Source: Chloroflexota bacterium
GTDB taxonomy: Bacteria; Chloroflexota; Dormibacteria; CF-121
Direction: 5' to 3'
Assembly (NCBI GenBank): GCA_005881235.1
Contig: VBEQ01000147.1
Coordinates: 1 to 34,679, forward strand
Length of the DNA: 34,679 nucleotides
Position numbers and translations under genes: made by a program. Below, one piece after another: positions 1 to 8,412 of the stretch; positions within the stretch are counted from its first letter, which is position 1; each line of letters opens with the position of its first letter. Under the pieces are notes generated by a model, which was not told the DNA's origin, ran no database searches, and saw only the letters and a program-made list of their open reading frames with translations.

Positions 1-1
1 G

Positions 2-553
2 GTTGAGGATCTTCTCCCGAGACAGCACCTTGCCGGCGTTCGACGCGAGGAAGGCGAGGAGATCGAACTCGGTGTGCGTCAGCATCACCTCGCTGGAGTC
101 GTGGAAGACGCGCCGCTCGTTGAGGTCGATTACGAGGTCCTTGAATTCCAGGCGCCCCTGGTTGACCGCTTCCTCCTCCTGGCGTGCCTTGCGCAGGTGG
201 GCGGCGATGCGGGCGAGCAGCTCACGGGTCCGGAAAGGTTTCGTGATGTAGTCGTCGGCGCCGATTTCCAGCCCGACGACCACATCGATCTCTTCCGTCT
301 TGGCGCTGAGGATGATGATCGGCACTCGGAGCCCGGCCTTGCGGATGTCGCGGCAGACGTCGAATCCGGAGACGTCGGGCAGCATGATGTCGAGCAGGAT
401 CAGGTCCGGCTTGCTCAGCTCGATCCGGCGGAGCGCCTCGGCGCCGGTCTCCGCCTCGACCACCTCGTAGCCCTCTTTCTCGAGGGCAAGATGGACCGCC
501 TTGCGGATCATGGCCTCGTCGTCGACGATCAGGATCTTCTTCGCGGGTGGCAT
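2..553 (-). CDS. OmpR/PhoB-family response regulator (WalR/PhoP-like), 3' end truncated by window edge
   Basis: Not in ORF track; read manually from ATG at 553: MPPAKKILIVDDEAMIR...DLILLDIMLP...IIILSAK...GLEIGADDYITKPF...LTHTEFDLLAFLASNAGKVLSRE. Receiver plus winged-helix motifs; starts 3 nt after the kinase stop. Confidence 0.93.
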   Translation of the reverse strand, partial: MPPAKKILIVDDEAMIRKAVHLALEKEGYEVVEAETGAEALRRIELSKPDLILLDIMLPDVSGFDVCRDIRKAGLRVPIIILSAKTEEIDVVVGLEIGADDYITKPFRTRELLARIAAHLRKARQEEEAVNQGRLEFKDLVIDLNERRVFHDSSEVMLTHTEFDLLAFLASNAGKVLSREKILN

Positions 554-556
554 CGC

Positions 557-1669
557 TTAATGTGCGCCGACGGCAACGCGCGGCCGCGTCCGGGTAGTGG
601 CCTCGGCGCGGGGCAAGATGACCGTGAAGACAGTGCCTTTCCCGTGGCGGCTGCGGACGTGAACCTGGCCGCCGAGCATCGTCACCAGGCTGCGCACGAT
701 GTACAACCCTAATCCAGTGCCTGACGTGCGGCGCACGACGGGGTCGTCGGCACGGTAGAACTTCTCGAATAGCCGGGGCATGTGCTCCTTGCGGATTCCG
801 ACCCCCTGGTCTGAAACCTCGAATCTCACCGCCGATTGATCGGCGCGCGCGTTGAAGGTGATCTGGGTTCCGGGCTCGGAGTATTTTATGGCATTGGTCA
901 AAAGGTTCACCAGGATCTGGTGAAGCTTGCGCGCCTCACCCATGATCGGCGGCAGGTCCTCGAGGGCCCGGCACTTGAGGATGCGTCCCTTGAGCATCGG
1001 CCGCACCTCGTCGCAGACATGCTCGACCACCGAGCCGATATCGACGCGCGAGAAATCGACGGAGATGCGACCGGAGTCGATCCGGCTCACCGCGAGAATG
1101 TCACCGATCAGACGTTCCATCCGGTCCGCCTGGCCGTGCAGGTCCTGCAACAGTTCCCGACGCTGGGCTTCTGATAAATCAAAGTCGAGCAAGAGCTCGC
1201 TCAATCCCTTGAGCGTGGTGAGCGGTGTTTTCAACTCGTGCGACGCTGCCAGCATCAGGGCATCGCGAGCCTCGATCGTCTCTAGCTCAGGCGTGACATC
1301 GTGGAGGATGATCACCGCCGCATCGGGCGTCTTCCCCTTGAGGCGGATGGGCGATACCGAGTAGGAGACCCGCACCGGGTCGTCGCTGGTGCGCAGCCGG
1401 AACAGGTAGGCGAAGTGGGTGTTGATGCGGGTGCCGAGCCGCAGCGCCCGCCGCAGCGCCCCGTTGGGCGCGCAGAGATTGACGCCGGTCTCGGTGCGCA
1501 CCTCGAGGATGTCGGCGGCCGGCCGCCCGATCGCGTCCCTCACGGCCCACCCAGTCAGCCGCTCGCCGACGGCGTTCAACGACAGCACGGTCGTCTCGCG
1601 GTCGACGAGGATCAGGGCCTGGGGGAATTGCTCAAAGGCCTGCTCGGAGAGCGTTCGCTCCCTCGCCAT
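557..1669 (-). CDS. PAS-domain sensor histidine kinase (HisKA + HATPase_c), no transmembrane segment
   Basis: H-box ASHELKTPL, N-box NLLTNAIKYS, G1 DQGVGI, F-box LFEKFYR, G2 GTGLGL; N-terminal PAS-like segment (LILVD...LNAVGERLTGW...AIGRP). Confidence 0.93.
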   Translation of the reverse strand: MARERTLSEQAFEQFPQALILVDRETTVLSLNAVGERLTGWAVRDAIGRPAADILEVRTETGVNLCAPNGALRRALRLGTRINTHFAYLFRLRTSDDPVRVSYSVSPIRLKGKTPDAAVIILHDVTPELETIEARDALMLAASHELKTPLTTLKGLSELLLDFDLSEAQRRELLQDLHGQADRMERLIGDILAVSRIDSGRISVDFSRVDIGSVVEHVCDEVRPMLKGRILKCRALEDLPPIMGEARKLHQILVNLLTNAIKYSEPGTQITFNARADQSAVRFEVSDQGVGIRKEHMPRLFEKFYRADDPVVRRTSGTGLGLYIVRSLVTMLGGQVHVRSRHGKGTVFTVILPRAEATTRTRPRVAVGAH

Positions 1670-2701
1670 TCACCGCAGTATATGCACTGGGGCGCGGACT
1701 TTCGCCTTCAATTGCTGAAGGCGCCGTTCGAGCTTGAGCGGAACGGGGCGCAGCACCCGCTCGTAGAGGCCGACGTAGCGGACCGTCTCGCCGCCGAAAC
1801 CGGTCTTGAACCGGTAGAGACCGAACCAGGGGTGGTCGGGCGCCGGTTCCTCCGGGATCCCCCACCAGTCGTAGGTATGGCAGCCGAGCGCTTTGAAGTC
1901 GAGCATCGCCTGCCAGTGCAGCAGGTAATTCGGCATCAGCTCGCGCTTGCGGTCGCTCGAGCCGCCGAAGAGGTAGTAGGCCGTGTTACCGAAGCGGAAG
2001 ACCATGATGCCTCCCAGGGTCTCGCCCTCGTGCTCGGCGAGGTAGAGCCGCACCTCGTCGGACGGCCCGAAGAGGTCGACCGCGGCCTGGTAGTAGGCGA
2101 CGCCCGGTAGGTGGATGCGCTGTCGCTTGCCGGTGTCGGCTGCCAGGCGGGCGAAGGTCGCCACGTCGCGCGAGGCGCGCACCGTCACTCCCTTTTTTTC
2201 CGCCAGGTTGAGGTTGTAGCGGGTCTTCGGCTTGAACCCGGCCTTGAGCGACTCCGGGTCGAGGTCGATGCGCAGGAGCCGCGTCGCCTCCGGCTGGACG
2301 GCCTTGCCCTTGCGAAAGCCGCGACCCTCGAAGAAGGCCGGCCACTCATCCCCAACTCGGGCGTTTGGCTCGACCCGGAGAATCAGCCCCCGGCCGGTGG
2401 CGGCACGGTGATCGAGGGCATCCAGCATCAGCAAGCGCTCGCGCTCGGCCACCACCGGCCCGCGCGGTACGTAGTAGACCGCGCCCCCGGGGTAGAGGCT
2501 GGCGCTGCGCAGCAACGAGCACACACCGGCGCGGCCATCGTGGACGAGGAGCCGCTCCACGGTCCACCCGAAGCGCGACTGTAGCTCGCCCCACTTCCAG
2601 CTCTGCAGCAGGTTGGCCTCGGGCTGCGCCAGCAGCAACTGGTCCCAGGCCTGCGCGCCCAGTCGCTCGCCAGGCGTAACGGCGAGGGCGGTCTCAGACA
2701 A
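1670..2701 (-). CDS. FemABX-family peptidoglycan bridge aminoacyltransferase (lipid II:amino acid ligase)
   Basis: Motifs LLQSWKWG, YVPRGPV, KTRYN, PNYLLHW, YDWWG, GLYRFKTGFGG. Start placed at TTG 2701 overlapping the upstream stop; ORF track starts at 2725. Confidence 0.88.
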   Translation of the reverse strand: MSETALAVTPGERLGAQAWDQLLLAQPEANLLQSWKWGELQSRFGWTVERLLVHDGRAGVCSLLRSASLYPGGAVYYVPRGPVVAERERLLMLDALDHRAATGRGLILRVEPNARVGDEWPAFFEGRGFRKGKAVQPEATRLLRIDLDPESLKAGFKPKTRYNLNLAEKKGVTVRASRDVATFARLAADTGKRQRIHLPGVAYYQAAVDLFGPSDEVRLYLAEHEGETLGGIMVFRFGNTAYYLFGGSSDRKRELMPNYLLHWQAMLDFKALGCHTYDWWGIPEEPAPDHPWFGLYRFKTGFGGETVRYVGLYERVLRPVPLKLERRLQQLKAKVRAPVHILR

Positions 2702-3713
2702 ACTCGGGCTGACCCGCACGCGCAAAGCGCTCCGCCAGGCGAATCGTCAGCGTCGCGGCGCGGTTGACCGGGAGATCATACAGCCCGATGAACCGCACCA
2801 TCCGCCCGTTGAAGCGCGACTTGAAGACGTAGTAGCCGTAGCCGCGCTGCCCGGGCTGCGGATCCAGTGGCACGCCCCACATGTCATAGGTGCTGCAGGC
2901 CCGTCGCTGGGCATCCTCGATCGCCCTCCAGTGGAGAAGGTAGCCGGGCTTGAGCTCCTTGGCATCGCCTCGCGTGCCTCCGTACAGGTAAATCAGCTTG
3001 GGCCCGAAGAAGAGCATCACGGCCCCGGCCAGCAGGCGGTCCTCCTGCCGGGCGAGGTAAACGGCCACCTGGCCACGCTCGCGGAAGAGGGCGAGCAGAT
3101 CCTGGTAATAGGCGCGGCTGCGGATGGTGAACTGCTCGCGCGCGGCCGTCTCCTGGAGCAGTTCATAAAAGCTGTCCATCGCCGCCGAGGCCTCCGAGGC
3201 TTCGACCTTGATCCCCTGCTTGATGCCGGCGCGGATGTTGCGCCGGGTGGACTCCTTGAGGCGCGACATCGCTTCGTCTCCGCCGCTGATGTCGACCAGC
3301 CAGCTCGCCTGGTGCTGGATCGGATGGCGGCTCGGCAGCCCGCCAGACTCGGTCAACACCGCCCGCTGCGCATCGGTCGTCCATTCCGGGTCGACCTTGA
3401 GGACGGTGCCGCCGTCCTGGGCGAGCCGGTCTCGGAGCGCCTGCCAGAACGCGGGCCACTGGTCGAGGCGGCCGTCCAGGATGGGCCCGCGCGGCGCATA
3501 GTTCAAGGCCAGTCCCCCCGGAAGGCGGCGCCGCAGCACGGCCGCCGCCCCGATCGCCGTCCCGTGATCGGTCCAGAAGTAGCGCTGAACGCCCCAACCG
3601 TAGCGCGACTTGAGGCTGCCCCAGGCCCAGGCCTGCAATACCGAAGCATCGCCAGCCTGAGAGACGAACGCGTCCCACGCCGACGCGTCGTCGCAAGTCC
3701 TCAATTCGGGCAT
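2694..3713 (-). CDS. FemABX-family peptidoglycan bridge aminoacyltransferase (second paralogue)
   Basis: Motifs LQAWAWG, YAPRGP, STRRNIR, PGYLLHW, YDMWG, FKSRFNG. ATG at 3713 chosen because TAAGCT lies 8 nt upstream and the longer ORF would overlap the divergent gene. Confidence 0.88.
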   Translation of the reverse strand: MPELRTCDDASAWDAFVSQAGDASVLQAWAWGSLKSRYGWGVQRYFWTDHGTAIGAAAVLRRRLPGGLALNYAPRGPILDGRLDQWPAFWQALRDRLAQDGGTVLKVDPEWTTDAQRAVLTESGGLPSRHPIQHQASWLVDISGGDEAMSRLKESTRRNIRAGIKQGIKVEASEASAAMDSFYELLQETAAREQFTIRSRAYYQDLLALFRERGQVAVYLARQEDRLLAGAVMLFFGPKLIYLYGGTRGDAKELKPGYLLHWRAIEDAQRRACSTYDMWGVPLDPQPGQRGYGYYVFKSRFNGRMVRFIGLYDLPVNRAATLTIRLAERFARAGQPEFV

Positions 3714-3834
3714 GCCTTGACAGCTTACCCCGGCTCTGGGAAAGTCGCGCCACAACGCGTCGCTCGCAGTTCGGTTATCGTATTTGGCCTGTGCTAGCAT
3801 TGGTTGGAAATCTCGGGGCGGTGGGAGGCTTTTG

Positions 3835-5325
3835 GTGAGTACCATCGAGCAGGCGCCGGGGCTTCTCGACAACAGGGGGTCGCTCAACCAGACACCGCTG
3901 CTCACCCTGTTGCAGTCGAAGCAAGCCCAGCGCGCTACCGGTACACTTCAGGTCCGAAATGGCGGTGAGGCGTACTCGCTGTTCTTTTTGTTCGGGCACC
4001 TCTTTCACGCCTACGGCAACGGGAGCCAGGGCGAGGAGGCCGTTTTCACACCGCTCTCCTGGCGGCAAGGCGATTACTCCTTCGACCCGAAATCCAAGCT
4101 CCCTACCGAAGAAACGATCACCGCACCGACCGCCGACATCCTCGCCGAGGCCAAGCGGCGGGGCGTCCCGGGTGCCGATAACGGACCGGCACCGGTTCGC
4201 GAATCCGCGCCGGCCCAGGCCGCCGCTCCCGTCCCCTCGGCTCCGCCGCAACGCCAGGTCAGTGAGCGCCCGGTGGTGAGCCAGCCCCCGGCCGCTGCCC
4301 AAGCGGCGCCCGCACCAGAGGAAGGGCCGCCGCCAACCGAGCTCTACCCGCTGCCGGTTGGGAAGCTCGTCTACGAGTCGCTCAAGACCGCCTTCGTCGA
4401 TTTCCCCAAACTGCTGCGCTCGCTGAGCAGCGACCGGCTCACCGGATACCTGCGACTCACCGGGCTCGCCTCGCGAGGCATGATCCTCTTCTACCAGGGC
4501 AGCCTGATCGAAAGCTTCTACGACGGGGGCGCGGTGGTCTCCACCGGACGCACGGCCTTCTCCCTCTTCAAGAACGATGTCGACCGCGGGGAAGGCAGCA
4601 TGGACGTCATCGAATTGTCCTCCGAAGTGGTCACCGCCATCTATCAGCTGCTGACGGCGCCGACCATCCTGCAGGGGTTGCTGGCGCGCTTCGTCGACAT
4701 CCGCGCGCTGCTCCAGTATCTGCAGGAAGAGAAGATCCATGGCAGCCTCCTGGTCCGCGCTCCGGAAGAGATGGGCATCATCCTCCTGCGTGACGGCCAG
4801 TTGCTGGGCGCCTTCACCCGTGGACAGCCCCAGTTGATGCAAGACCCCGAGATCGTGACCCGACTCTGCGCCGACTCGAAGACCCGCATCGAGGTAAAGG
4901 CGGTCGCCGACCTCGAGGAGCCGGCATCGGTGAGCCTCGAAGAGATGCTCGCCATGACGCCCTCGGTCCCCTCGACCGTCTACCGACCTACCCCGGCGCC
5001 GGTGCAAGCCGGCCCCGCCGCCCAGGCCCAGGCACCCCAGCGCGTCCCCAGCTATCAGGCGGCTCAACCCGTCCAGGCCCCGGCCGCCGGCGAGCCGGAC
5101 ATCGACTGGCCAGCCCTGATGAGCCAGCTGAACCAGATGGCCGACACCGCGCTCCAGAACCGGTCGAAGAAGGTCAAAGAGATGCTGAGCTCGACGGAGC
5201 ACAACGTCGATGCGCTCGACCGGACGATCGACCGGATCTCGCAGACCTCGATCATGTTTGTGGACCCGGCGCGCCTGACCAACCTGGCCAACGAGATGCG
5301 CCAGCTGCTCGAAGAGCAAAGGTAG
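3835..5325 (+). CDS. Multi-domain PATAN/DUF4388 (+DUF2226-like) protein with Pro/Ala/Gln linkers
   Basis: GTG with GGGAGG SD. N-terminal GSLNQTPLLTLLQ...ATGTLQV...LFFLFGHLFHA...GEEAV...WRQGDYSF matches the DUF4388 pattern; two further related units (FVDFPKLL...LTGYLRL...ILFYQG; FVDIRALL...IHGSLLV...ILLRDG). Confidence 0.75.
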   Translation: MSTIEQAPGLLDNRGSLNQTPLLTLLQSKQAQRATGTLQVRNGGEAYSLFFLFGHLFHAYGNGSQGEEAVFTPLSWRQGDYSFDPKSKLPTEETITAPTADILAEAKRRGVPGADNGPAPVRESAPAQAAAPVPSAPPQRQVSERPVVSQPPAAAQAAPAPEEGPPPTELYPLPVGKLVYESLKTAFVDFPKLLRSLSSDRLTGYLRLTGLASRGMILFYQGSLIESFYDGGAVVSTGRTAFSLFKNDVDRGEGSMDVIELSSEVVTAIYQLLTAPTILQGLLARFVDIRALLQYLQEEKIHGSLLVRAPEEMGIILLRDGQLLGAFTRGQPQLMQDPEIVTRLCADSKTRIEVKAVADLEEPASVSLEEMLAMTPSVPSTVYRPTPAPVQAGPAAQAQAPQRVPSYQAAQPVQAPAAGEPDIDWPALMSQLNQMADTALQNRSKKVKEMLSSTEHNVDALDRTIDRISQTSIMFVDPARLTNLANEMRQLLEEQR

Positions 5326-5380
5326 CGCCGCCGCCGCTGGACCTCGCCAGGCACCCATCTCGCTAACCTTCTAACCGGGT

Positions 5381-7072
5381 ATGCGCCGCGGAATTTTTGT
5401 GATCCTGGCCTTGTTGGCGCCTCTCGCGTCCGCCTGCGCGCTGAACCCTCCACGCATCGTCAGCATCGCGCCCGGCCGTGAGGCAACCGATGTTGCGACC
5501 AACCAGGCGATCACCATCAGCTTCGACCGCGCGATGAACCATGAATCGGTGGAGCAGCGGTTCGGGCTCAGCCCCGCCTTGCCGGGGTGCAGTGGATCGA
5601 AGAACTGCCACTTCGCCTGGAGTGGCAACACCCTGACCTTCATCCACGCCCACGTCAACTTCGACGTTTCCACCGCCTACCAGGTTTCGATGCATGCCGG
5701 CTACGCCGATGCGACCGGCCAGCAGAATGGCCTCGAGCACTCCTGGCGGTTCGTCACCGAAGGACGACCTGCGCTGGTGGCGGTCGATCCGTCCGACAAC
5801 GCGACGGCGGTCGCCCCGGATCGCAACATCGTCCTCAGCTTCAGCCGTCCCATGCTGGCCGACTCCATGCGGGCCGCCGTCCAGCTCAGCCCCGACACCC
5901 CCTTCTTGCTGCGCTCGAAGCCAGGCGGGGACGGCGCCCAGTTCGAGATCATTCCAACCGCGGTGCTCCAACCCAACCAGAGCTACACCCTCTCCGTCGA
6001 CCGGCCGGTCGACACCCACGAGAACGCCATCTATGGACGCGTCCAGACCCGCTTTCGGACGGGATCGCTGGGCCTGTCCCGAAAAATCGGGTACCTTGTC
6101 GCGCAGCCCGGCCAGCCGGCCTTCGCGGTGGGGATCGTGGATCCCCACGCGGATGGCTTCCTGGGCCGCTCGACGCCGAAAATCATCTACCGGCTCAGCG
6201 CGCAGAGCCAGCTCGAGGACGCCATCCTTTCCTTCGACTGGTCACCCGACGCCCAGCGCCTCGTCGTGGTGCAGGCGCCGCGCAACGCGGACAGCGGCCC
6301 CATCCAGATCGTCGACGTGGCGACCGGCACGGTGATCCGACCGGGCATCAGTGGGTCCGCTGTCTACTGGTCGCAGGACGGCACGATCGTGTACCGGCGA
6401 GACGGGACGCTGCGCCGCTTCCGTCCGTCAACGCTCGAGGACATTGCCCTCACCGATTTGTCGGACGGCCGCGTGAACGACCCGGTCGCGCTGAGCCCGG
6501 ACGGCAAATCGATCGCCTACAGCGCCGCGGACGCGCAAGGCGTCAACCATCTGTGGATCCTGAACCTGGACCTGCGCAGCCGTTATCGGCCGGTCGGGCT
6601 CGACGATCCGGCCGACCACCCGGCCTGGTCGCCGAACGGGACCAAGCTGGCCTTCCGGCGGCTGACCGCGGCCGGGCCGGAACTCTGGGTCTACGACCTT
6701 TCGGCCAGCGGGGCCGGTGCCTACCGCCGCGGCGGCCCGCTTGATGTCACGGGGGCCGCGTGGCTCAACGACAACAGCACCGTTTTTGTCGCCACTGGCA
6801 GCGGAGACTCGGCGGCCCTCTACCGCGTCAACATCTTCTCGGCCGGCGAGGCCGGTGGCGTGGTCAAGGTCACCGGAAGCAAGGATGCGCCGAACGGATC
6901 GACCCCCAACACACCCGTCTACGACCGCCGGATCGGGTTCGTCGGCCAGGTCGATCATCTGCCCCAGCTCTACGTCATGAACGGGGACGGCTCCCGCCCG
7001 CAGCAGCTGACCGAATGGGAAGCCGATTACCCGTATACCGGACAGGCGCCGAACTGGGTGCCGGTCGGTTAG
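5381..7072 (+). CDS. Lipoprotein with two bacterial Ig-like (Big_5-type) domains and a TolB-like PD40 beta-propeller
   Basis: Signal MRRGIFVILALLAPLASA-C (lipobox); two Ig units (PRIVSIAPG..ATDVATNQAITISFDRAM; PALVAVDP..NATAVAPDRNIVLSFSRPM); repeats WSPDAQRL, LSPDGKSIAY, PAWSPNGTKLAF, LYVMNGDGS. Confidence 0.82.
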   Translation: MRRGIFVILALLAPLASACALNPPRIVSIAPGREATDVATNQAITISFDRAMNHESVEQRFGLSPALPGCSGSKNCHFAWSGNTLTFIHAHVNFDVSTAYQVSMHAGYADATGQQNGLEHSWRFVTEGRPALVAVDPSDNATAVAPDRNIVLSFSRPMLADSMRAAVQLSPDTPFLLRSKPGGDGAQFEIIPTAVLQPNQSYTLSVDRPVDTHENAIYGRVQTRFRTGSLGLSRKIGYLVAQPGQPAFAVGIVDPHADGFLGRSTPKIIYRLSAQSQLEDAILSFDWSPDAQRLVVVQAPRNADSGPIQIVDVATGTVIRPGISGSAVYWSQDGTIVYRRDGTLRRFRPSTLEDIALTDLSDGRVNDPVALSPDGKSIAYSAADAQGVNHLWILNLDLRSRYRPVGLDDPADHPAWSPNGTKLAFRRLTAAGPELWVYDLSASGAGAYRRGGPLDVTGAAWLNDNSTVFVATGSGDSAALYRVNIFSAGEAGGVVKVTGSKDAPNGSTPNTPVYDRRIGFVGQVDHLPQLYVMNGDGSRPQQLTEWEADYPYTGQAPNWVPVG

Positions 7073-8352
7073 GCGGCGCGCGGGAGGACGTCGTCCGGCG
7101 CGATCTCGAGATTGGTGGGCGGCTTGAGGTAGTTGGCGTGGAAGTAGGCGCGCACCCAGACCGTGACGAGCATGGCAATCGCCATCAGCAGCGCCGACGA
7201 CCAGAAGGGCATGCTGACCTGAAGGCCGTACATCCAGCCGGCAATCGGGTAGGCGACGATGACTACCGCGCCGGTGACCAGGGCGAAGAGCCCGTAGCCC
7301 TTGGCCATGGCGTAGTCCGGCAGCACTTCGCCGATCACCGCGGTCATGACCTGACGAAAGGACCAGAAGGCCCCCCGCAGAAAGAAGGCGAGCCCCAGGA
7401 TCGGCAGGGCCATGGAGGAGAGCAGCAGGATCGCGGAGACCACATACGCCGCCTCGAAGCAGAGAACGATGACCACGCTGCCAAGCGTCCGGCGCAGCCG
7501 CCCCAGGCTCAGGCCCATGATGACCGAGCCCAGGTAGAGCACGCTCATCAGGACTCCGATCCAGAAGTTGTCGACATGGGCGGCCTCGCGGGCGTAGAGC
7601 GCGGTGAAGGTCCACGGGATGAAGATGATGGCCGTCACGAGCGTGAACAGCGAGAGCATGACCCGGTAGGCGGGGAAGCGCATCAGGTCTCGATAGCGGA
7701 TCGACGGCACGCTGAACCGCGGCGTCGGTTTGGCCGGCAGGAAGGCGATGCAGACGGTCGCGAGGACGAAGAAGGCGAAGGACACCCAGAAGAGCGCACT
7801 CAGGGGGACGACCTGGGCCAGCCATCCGGAGAGCACGCTGGAGGCGATCAGGCCGAGCGAGTAGGCGGAGAAGACCGTGGTCATGACGGCCGCGATCCGG
7901 TCGCGGGGCACGCCCAGCGAGAGGTAAACGCTGATGGCCGGCGTGTTGAACACCGAGACCTGGAGGAAGAGGATCCCAAGGGCGGTCCAGCCCCAGTGGG
8001 GCGCCACCGCGTAGCAGAACGGCGCCGGCACGGCGAGTGCCCAGCCGGCGATCACTGTCTTGCGCAGGTCGCGGCGCTCGGCCAGCCCGGTGCCGGGCAG
8101 CATCACCAGCGTCGCCACCAGCATGCCGATGGCGGCAAGCACGCCGATCTCGAAGGCGCTCGCGCCCAGCTCGCGCTGGTAGATGACCCCGAAGGCGATG
8201 AAGGGGCCGGCGCCCAGGCCGGAGAGCCCGTGGGCGAAGAAGAGGAGCCAGCCACCCCGGTCGATGCGGACGCGGATCTCCGGGCGATGGCCGCCAACCG
8301 GTTGCGGGAGTGGGCGCGGCGCACGGGCTGGGAGCACACCCGTATATCGCAC
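7069..8352 (-). CDS. MFS transporter (start uncertain; GTG 8337 also possible)
   Basis: About 12 hydrophobic segments; motif-A-like GTGLAERRDLRK and GRLRRTLG; 4-nt convergent overlap with the lipoprotein gene. Confidence 0.85.
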   Translation of the reverse strand: MRYTGVLPARAPRPLPQPVGGHRPEIRVRIDRGGWLLFFAHGLSGLGAGPFIAFGVIYQRELGASAFEIGVLAAIGMLVATLVMLPGTGLAERRDLRKTVIAGWALAVPAPFCYAVAPHWGWTALGILFLQVSVFNTPAISVYLSLGVPRDRIAAVMTTVFSAYSLGLIASSVLSGWLAQVVPLSALFWVSFAFFVLATVCIAFLPAKPTPRFSVPSIRYRDLMRFPAYRVMLSLFTLVTAIIFIPWTFTALYAREAAHVDNFWIGVLMSVLYLGSVIMGLSLGRLRRTLGSVVIVLCFEAAYVVSAILLLSSMALPILGLAFFLRGAFWSFRQVMTAVIGEVLPDYAMAKGYGLFALVTGAVVIVAYPIAGWMYGLQVSMPFWSSALLMAIAMLVTVWVRAYFHANYLKPPTNLEIAPDDVLPRAA

Positions 8353-8412
8353 CGATCGCGGCGACCCATCGAGCGGGCCGGCGACGAACCGGTGAAAGCG
8401 CCGGCCGCGCGA

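Noticed and set aside
3775-5358. 527-aa antisense ORF, and similar ones such as 31912..33705, 2613..3797 and 16914..17996
   Set aside because: Antisense mirrors of well-supported genes with no motifs of their own.
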